Source: Ancylonema sp. (Eukaryota). Taken from it: 64,000 bases of DNA. The stretch is from the NCBI GenBank assembly GCA_050230475.1, contig JBFLGF010000026.1:1-64000 (forward strand), given 5' to 3'. A program made the translations under genes and the position numbers. This document shows, one piece after another, positions 56,721 through 64,000 of the stretch. The notes below the pieces were generated by a model. It saw nothing but the letters and a program-made list of their open reading frames with translations, had not been told where the DNA came from and searched no databases. Numbering within the stretch: the stretch's first letter is position 1; each line of letters opens with the position of its first letter.

Positions 56721-57132
56721 TAAGAGAACATGGTTTGAAGAGGTCTAGCATTATTTTCCTCAATGTTCAAAGAAGTCACATTTGTGTCTCGAAAATTATT
56801 AGGCTTGTCGCTGAAGTGCCCATTTTTTCGTACATATACCAATCCGTGATCTCACGTACAACTACATTATTGGTTTGCTAGCGTGGTATAACACATACTC
56901 ATCTTCGATGGAGGCGCTGCACCACTACTCTGGATGGTATGAATGTAACAATGTCAATTGTCAATGAATGTTATCTTTGGGTTATCTATACATACATAAT
57001 TGTTGTTATTCGCCCTCGCAATAAAAAATGCGTGTACCATGTCCGGGTCAAGGAAAAAATAATATGCTTGGTGATTGGCCACAAGTTTCCCACTCTTGTA
57101 ATGTATCATGTTATCCTCTTGATATGATCATA

Positions 57133-59570
57133 TCATTTCTCAACACGTTCCTCTTGTGATGGGACGTTTCGTATTCTCTTTGCCATGAGCACTCTTGTAC
57201 GCCTCCCAAGGAGTCTAGAACTCCATTTTGGGTCAGTCGCTAAAGCAAGATAACCAGAATTTTGGTACAACTTCCTCGCAGGGATGTTGTCCTCGTATAC
57301 ATGTAACACTAAATAGTGGAAACCCCACGCTAATGCTCTCTTCTCAACACCGGCCAACAACAAAGACCCAACTCCACCACGTCTGCAAACACTCCAACAA
57401 ATGCTTGTGAGTGTATTGAAACATACTACACCACCTCCTCTTCACACCTCCTCTTTATTTCTCAACATTCATACATGGTTACGAAAGAATGCAATGGAGA
57501 TTTACCGTGCGTTTTCTGCGACTGCCATGCCGGAGACGTAAAGATACTCATCGACTTCTTCAAGCTCGCGAAGCACACTCGAGTCTCCCAAAGCTGCAAT
57601 GTCTACAATGCCTACAACATCTTGTCCGGAACTCATATTATGTGGAGCTGAGTTTTGGGCCTCCTCTTCAGATTTCTTCAGTTGTTGTTGATCCTTCCGT
57701 ACCGCAACTAGACATGCGTATCTGAAGGAAGTGAGGTGACACACTAGTCAATGATTCCAAAACAGACTATTCGGAGAGTAGTACATCACTCCATACTCCC
57801 TACCGAGATACCTCCAGTAATTTGCCAAACTTACCACAAGAAGAAAAAAATGGGGCATTCAACAATTTCATGAAGAAATAAAAACATAAAACAACATCAA
57901 TAGTGTTGATTGTGTTTTTACAGCTACTCAAAGACTCAAAGGCTTGTGGTTTGTAGCAAACCAACAACCACCAAAGCACACATGAGGCGTAAACACTCGA
58001 AAAGTGTTCAGAAACACTCGAAAAATGTTAAGAAACACTCGAAAAGTGTTTAGAAACACTCGAAAAGTGTTGAGAAGCACTCGAAAAGTGTTGAGAAACA
58101 CTCGAAAAGTGTTGAGAACCATTAACCAGAGTTGGGTACACAACGCGTTGGGTCACAGTTTGTAGTGAGAGCACAAAGCCTAGGTAAATTCGAGGTTAGT
58201 GGTTCAAGGATTATCTAAATTTCGGCATGCATTGATTGCTTGTTGGTCTTGATATCTCTAGAGAATGAAGTATGGATTCGGTCTACTTCAGACCTTGACT
58301 TCTTACTGAAGTGACATCTTTCTATATACCAAAAAAGTGCAAAATGCATTACTATTTGTGACATTATTACTTGTGACAGGCTTTGGTATCCCGAGAAGTA
58401 CATAAGGAAATACAACATTTTAAAACGAAGAAAAAAATCAAAAGTACAATAGACATTATCGAGTCTTTGGAACTGCATTGCACTTCGTTGTTTTTATTAA
58501 CATCGGCCCTAGATGTTGTAAGTGTGCGTGCAATACTTCACTCCATTTCAGTCCTTTTCGACAAATCTAACTCTCAATCATTTCAGACTACACATCGAGA
58601 TTTTATGTTGGTTCTAAGTTCCTTCCGGGAGGACACAAAAATAGGGATACTTTGAGAAACTTACCTCCCAGACGGAGAGTACCGCACTTTTTGAAGCAGA
58701 GAGTCGTAGACTTCCGCCTGGAGTTCAGAACTCAAAAAAATATAAATCACTCATGGAGAGAGTGGTTGTTTAGGCATGTCAACTAACAACCAAAATGCAA
58801 AAATATAAAGAGTACGGACTTGTAACGCCACTGCCTGCCTTTACGGGACAAACCCCTAATCCATGATTATTGAGGTGATAATCTTCGCCCCCCTGGACAC
58901 TTGGTACCTGGAAAAAGTTTAGGAAAATGCCGTCCCACGCAGGTATTGGCCCTCCTTCAAAGAACTCATCTGCCTGTATCCTTGCTGCGTCCCGCAGGTC
59001 TGTGAATATAGCCTCCCGGATTTGAAAGGCATGCCCTTCGGCAAGGATGCCCTCAGAGGGTGTCACTGAGTGTAAATCGTCCTGAAGTAAAATTTCTTCC
59101 TGTGCCCCTGTGTTCATATACTCCTCTACTTCGGAAGTAGCGAAGTCAAGGTCTACAGCTTTAGCGTAGCTCCTTGCACCGCTCGAGCGATTTTGTGCTG
59201 CACAGCAGAACTGACCTCTCGAAGAACGAACGTCACAGCTTTTTGTGTCTAATGAGAGATGACGGCCCTGGCCAGTCTTTGAGATGGACACCGAGTGGGA
59301 TGGAAAGTTCGCATTTGGATTGCTACACAACACTTTCAGCAGCATTCGACGTTTGCTAGGACACAAGCTGCGGGACATAGCTCCTGCAAATGCATGCCCT
59401 GATTTGGACTGATTACTGTCTCTACTACAGTAATGCGACCCATAATACTCAGCCCCAGTGCCTACGTGGCTGCGGACTGATAGATCAAGAAGGAACGTGG
59501 ATTTATACACTGATAAAAGCTGCATCCGTGGAACAACGGAAGGCATCATTACAATGATGTGTTGCTTCAT
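57133..59570 (-). CDS. GNAT-family N-acetyltransferase with transit-peptide-like N-terminus (plastid GNAT type), 4 exons
   Basis: Exons ~59570-58908 (FQIREA...ARIQADEF), ~58718-58665, ~57722-57505 (YACLVA..VVGIVD..YLYVSGMAVAENAR) and ~57382-57133 (LVLHVYEDNIPARKLYQNSGY...LMAKRI). Start codon uncertain. Confidence 0.85.
57991..58116. repeat. Intronic minisatellite, six 21-bp palindromic units (AAACACTCGAAAAGTGTTNAG)
   Basis: Units start at 57991, 58012, 58033, 58054, 58075 and 58096; the consensus contains the AACACT..AGTGTT dyad. Confidence 0.93.
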
Positions 59571-60188
59571 TTATGTTTGCATCAAGCAAGATCACCACAG
59601 ATTCAATTTTTGTGTGATGCAAAGAATTACTCAAGCGCTGCTACTGACAGACTCTTGGACCATGGTAACAATTCTCCTACACCGCGCAAGGGGTGAAACT
59701 AGTACATTACCCAGCCTGGCCATAACTTATTGCTGCTTCAGGAAAAAACATATTGCTGGGGAGGGCAGCATCACAAGCCTCTGCTCAACCACCCATCAGC
59801 AGTCATGGCTCCTCCAGAACGGGGTTGCACCGAAGACAAGCGAAGTGTTTGGGCAAACGTGGGCCACAGCTACTTGAATTCGCGTGGCAATCCCAGGGGC
59901 CCAACTTCGCAAGATCGGAGCAAGGTAACGACGCAAACTTCGATATAAAGATCCCGTTGTAAAGAAACAAGTCGCTGTGAGAAAATTTACCTTTTTTGTT
60001 TGCAACAATTTCAGTCAGGTTCTACTGTACGTCGACGTGCCTATAAAGACGCATCTGCAGCTTTCCCAGCTCTGGTGGTGTCGTCGATCGTGCTTCCACA
60101 ACGCATGATTTTCACTTTCAGTCCAGAGGGAACTCTTGGAATTAGTTTTTATTTTTGTATATTCGTACACATAGCTCGATAGTCAACG

Positions 60189-61633
60189 ATGTTCAAGAAG
60201 CCATCGACGGCGAGGAATATCCGCAAGCGCCCGGCTGCTGAGGAGGGAAGTGAGGATGAAGGCAGCGAAAGTGTCGTAGTACAAAAAAACAAATCTTCTC
60301 GGAAGGCGGATGGGAAGCTTGCCTTCAGTACAGAATCAGGGAGCCAACGACGAGATAAGAACAGAGAACTTGAGGGGCCTGAGGAAACTAATGTGCCAGC
60401 GTCTTACACGTTCGCCTTCGAATCTGACCGTCAAGTTCAAACTGCCAATGACAGTAATGCTACTGCCACGCTTGAAATAGACACGGAGAAGGATCGTGAT
60501 GCTCGTGCAATTCGTGAAAAGGTGCTGAAGCAGGCACAGCAGGCGCTGGAAGGATCTACTTCCACAGATTCCAAGGTTTACAAAGGAATAGCGGGGTATA
60601 CTGATCATAAAGCAGGTTTCAGGAGAGAACATACTGTGGGAGGGGATAAAGCTCTTGGGACACACGGGCCTCTGAGAGCCTCTGCACATATACGGAGGTC
60701 GGTCAGATTTGATTACCAGCCAGACCTGTGCAAGGACTACAAAGAGACTGGTTACTGTGGGTATGGTGACGCATGCAAGTTTTTGCACGATAGAGGAGAC
60801 TACAAGTCTGGTTGGCAGATGGAGAAGGAGTGGGACGAGAAAGAGAAGAAAAGAAGGGACAAAGTGGCTTCAGGAAGAGGGGGTGAAGATGGGGAGGAGG
60901 GTGACTCAGAGAATGATGGCAGCGAGGAGGAGGAGGATGAGCTGCCGTTTGCTTGCTTCATATGTCGCGAAGCTTTCACGGACCCTGTAGTGACACGTTG
61001 TAACCACTACTTCTGCGAACATTGCGCTCTAAAGGTATGACAGACTTTCCTCTGTTGCGGATCATCTGCTTATACCACCTTTTTCATGTGTTCGTTAGCA
61101 TCCATTCTCGTATTTGAAGCAATTCGGTGTATCTAGGGGCGGTGCCTCATAGTTTTTTTTTTTGTGGGAGGCCAGTTTTTGCCACGGCGTTGTAGAAAAG
61201 GACATGCATGCAAGGCTAGTTCATGTAAAAACTAGAATGGTCGTGATAGCCTGTCTTCTATGAGTTTGCCGCTGGAGTCAGCCTGCTGCTATTGCAAAGA
61301 ATGGATGACATTACACCAAGATGACATTACACCAAGGTTTGTTTTGCATAGTTTTCAGATGAAGATGCTTGGTTCCGGTGGGTGGTGTGGACCTCGGGAT
61401 GTCAATCTCTGTTTGTGCATGCATGTATGCGTGCATGTATGCATGCTTACCTCTGATGTGAAATTCATGCACACATGTATGTTTCCTAATGCGATACATT
61501 TAATGTTGTGCAGCACCACAACACAAGCAAAAAGTGTTTCGTTTGCAACCAACAAACAAACGGAGTTTTCAATACTGCGACGGCAATCTTGGTCCGAGAG
61601 AAGAAAGCTAAAGCAAGTGCCGCTGCCACATAG
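60189..61633 (+). CDS. CWC24: CCCH zinc finger + RING spliceosomal protein CWC24/RNF113, 2 exons (60189-61034, 61514-61633)
   Basis: [105 protein letters not shown]. Confidence 0.95.
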
Positions 61634-62510
61634 AGTTTAATAGTGAATGATGGAGCAAGGGGGTGTGGGTCAAAGTTCTAGTGTACAAATCCGAAGTAAT
61701 GTTTTGTGTGGCACATTTCCCGTGTTTGTGTGGAAGGTGAAAATAGGTCAATCGGCCTTGTATGTATCATTACAAGTTATGTACTTTTTCGTACTTCCCA
61801 ACGGTTGGGAGGTCTGACAAGACATGTCCACATTATCTTTTATTTGTGTTTCTTGGTATGCTTTTGAGAGGTCGGCATGTATACAATAGAGAATATGATC
61901 TCGCAGTGTAACGGTTTTGGTTGTAGTAGTCAATGTCACGTGTCACGTTCGATCACGTTGACTATGTCCTGGTTCGAGCTATGTTTGGTCAAATGTAGCT
62001 CAAGTTTTGTAATAGAGATAGATCACACCTCCCAAGTAAAGCTTCACAAATTTAACACCGCGGTGTGATGGAAGGGTGCTGACATCTTGACATATTATTC
62101 AACAAACTTGAAGACAAGCATAAGAGCGACACTGATCTCGGTCACCTAAAGTTTGTGTGTGAAGAGAAACTCTACTCCTTCCCCTCAAAGATTCCACAAC
62201 TTGCTCGGGAACAAATGACGATGCTTTGGAAAACGCATCAATAAGTGGAAAAAGTCGGAGGGAGAGGTGGCATCATAGTATCAATTTCGGAAGATATGTG
62301 TAAAACTTTGTAACAATGCTTTCCTCAAAAGTGGGTAAAGAAACAATAACACCAAGGTTACTCAACACACAAACGTATCCGATGGGCACAGTCCAAGATG
62401 CGTGCACATCCGATTTCACAGTGTACTTCGTAAGTAATATGTGAACATCCATATGACGTCGGATTAGGCTCCATGTTTTCTAATGCTTAAGATATGCGCT
62501 AAGAAGCATA

Positions 62511-62777
62511 CTGTATCGGCCGAAGATGATAACCCGGGAAAATTTCCGAAAAGGGTGGGTCATTAAAAATATTAATTGGTGAAAGTGTTGTCATTTTATA
62601 TTTGGGAAATTGAAATAATAATACTAATTGAAATCGGGAAATTATTATCTGGATATCTGGAAATCGGGATGCTGATATCGGGGTTCTAAAATCCCGAGTG
62701 CACGGGGTGGGTCAACCGTGGCAATTCATTGTTTTAGTTGTTTTAGTAATCCGGGTCATTGTCTTTGGCGAGCACGG
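62511..62777. mobile_element. TA-flanked MITE with degenerate TIRs
   Basis: TA-CTGTATCGGCCGAAGATGATAACCCGG ... CCGGGTCATTGTCTTTGGCGAGCACGG-TA; internal similarity to 8790-9278. Confidence 0.7.
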
Positions 62778-63690
62778 TAATCACAAACCTTGCAACAAGT
62801 AATGTCACCCTCCTGGGCAAGACCACGCAATTCGGCCTCAAAACTATACATGCGAGGCGGTGGAAAGCATACACGTAAATAATAACACCCTTTCAAAGGC
62901 ACCGCTTGTTAAGGTGTTCAAAATCAAACGGCCCTTATTTCGGGAGTATATCGTCGTTGCATTCATTGTGTTGTTGGAGGTTGTTATACTCGGTTTTAGT
63001 CTAGTGCTTATTGCATAGTCATGTTCTTAGCTTGTAGCATGCAATTTGCATATTCGTGATTGCGTTTCAAGAGTGTTATCTCGTTGGCTCGTTCTAAACC
63101 CTTGATGATTTTTGTTGCTTTTGAGTACGCTGAAAAGTTTGGGGAATAGAGTGTCGTAGCTGGAAGTAAAGAGGAACGGGGGCACATAGCCAAGACACAT
63201 GCGCAAAAAGATGTCCACCTCGTCTGTGCAAGAACTTTGTGCATGGTATCGACCGGCTCTTGTCATCCTTATTAGTCGGTTTACGTGTGTTCAATAGTAT
63301 CACTTATGAACTCTAAGTGAACGAGTGGAACTTTCGGTGGTGAATGCCCAAAAAGTCATGGATGTCATGGTCATGCATGTCGATATGTCTGGCTTGCTCA
63401 ACAGGTTGGATGGTTAGGCGGTCGCGTGCAAGTGGTTTTTGTTTGCTTCTAAATGCTCCAATCGGAACTTAATGCATGTTTCAAAAGCCGTGTACAAGTC
63501 TTGTGTGATAGGTGTTTATTTGAGTCAAATCATTTGACGACTTGGTCTAGCGACATCGTCTTTAATGGTGTATATTATGTATCAACCGCTAACAAAACTT
63601 CGCTATGCCTGACGACCGAGTGCCTAACGTGAGTTGTTCATACGGGGTCTTGGTATTTATTGTTTTTGTCTATGATAGTGTATTGGAGAC

Positions 63691-63958
63691 CATAGTTGCC
63701 CCCCATCGAATTGGGGAATCTTCGATCTGGCGCAAATACGGATTGAATCCGATCCGGATCCGATAAGGACCAAAGGTGAATATCGGTAAATAACCAAAAA
63801 ATAATTGGCATGCACATCATGTGCTGTAACACCTTTTTTTTTTTTTTTTTTTTTTTTTTGGGGGTATGAAATGTCTCGTTGGGCCCGATCCGATCAGGGT
63901 ATCTCGGATCCGGCGCCGTTCCGGATTGGGGATTTTTGGGTGGTTGAGCCCAACAATG
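63691..63958. mobile_element. CATAGTTG-ended GATCCG-rich MITE
   Basis: Termini CATAGTTG / CAACAATG; flanks TTGGAGAC / CTGGAGTG may be a decayed 8-bp TSD; related to 8505-8775. Confidence 0.55.
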
Positions 63959-64000
63959 CTGGAGTGGTACTTCAATCCTTCCATGGAAGAGGTGTCATGC

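Noticed and set aside
57991..58116. CRISPR-like array of palindromic repeats
   Set aside because: Units are contiguous with no spacers, there are no cas genes, and the context is a eukaryotic intron.

Overview
Eukaryotic nuclear DNA with GT-AG introns. The plant-type gene set (LOLITA/TPLATE subunit, plant NHL protein, plastid-type GNAT, CWC24/RNF113) suggests a streptophyte, probably a charophyte alga (inference). Seven probable host genes and one IWS1 pseudogene lie among many transposons: a decayed CRE-type non-LTR element, a Ty1/copia element with both LTRs and TSD, and many TA-flanked and hAT-like MITEs. The first highlight is a decayed Ty3/gypsy element (coding ~23.6-30.1 kb) carrying a DNMT3-like C5 cytosine methyltransferase upstream of RT and a PHD finger at the integrase C-terminus, i.e. 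a chromatin writer and reader in one retroelement. The second is a head-to-head pair of membrane-anchored LysM genes that is split across small exons and barely visible in the ORF track: a tandem-LysM protein and a C2-like/Pro-Thr/TM/LysM protein, both candidate plastid-peptidoglycan tethers. All calls come from manual motif recognition; no database searches were run.
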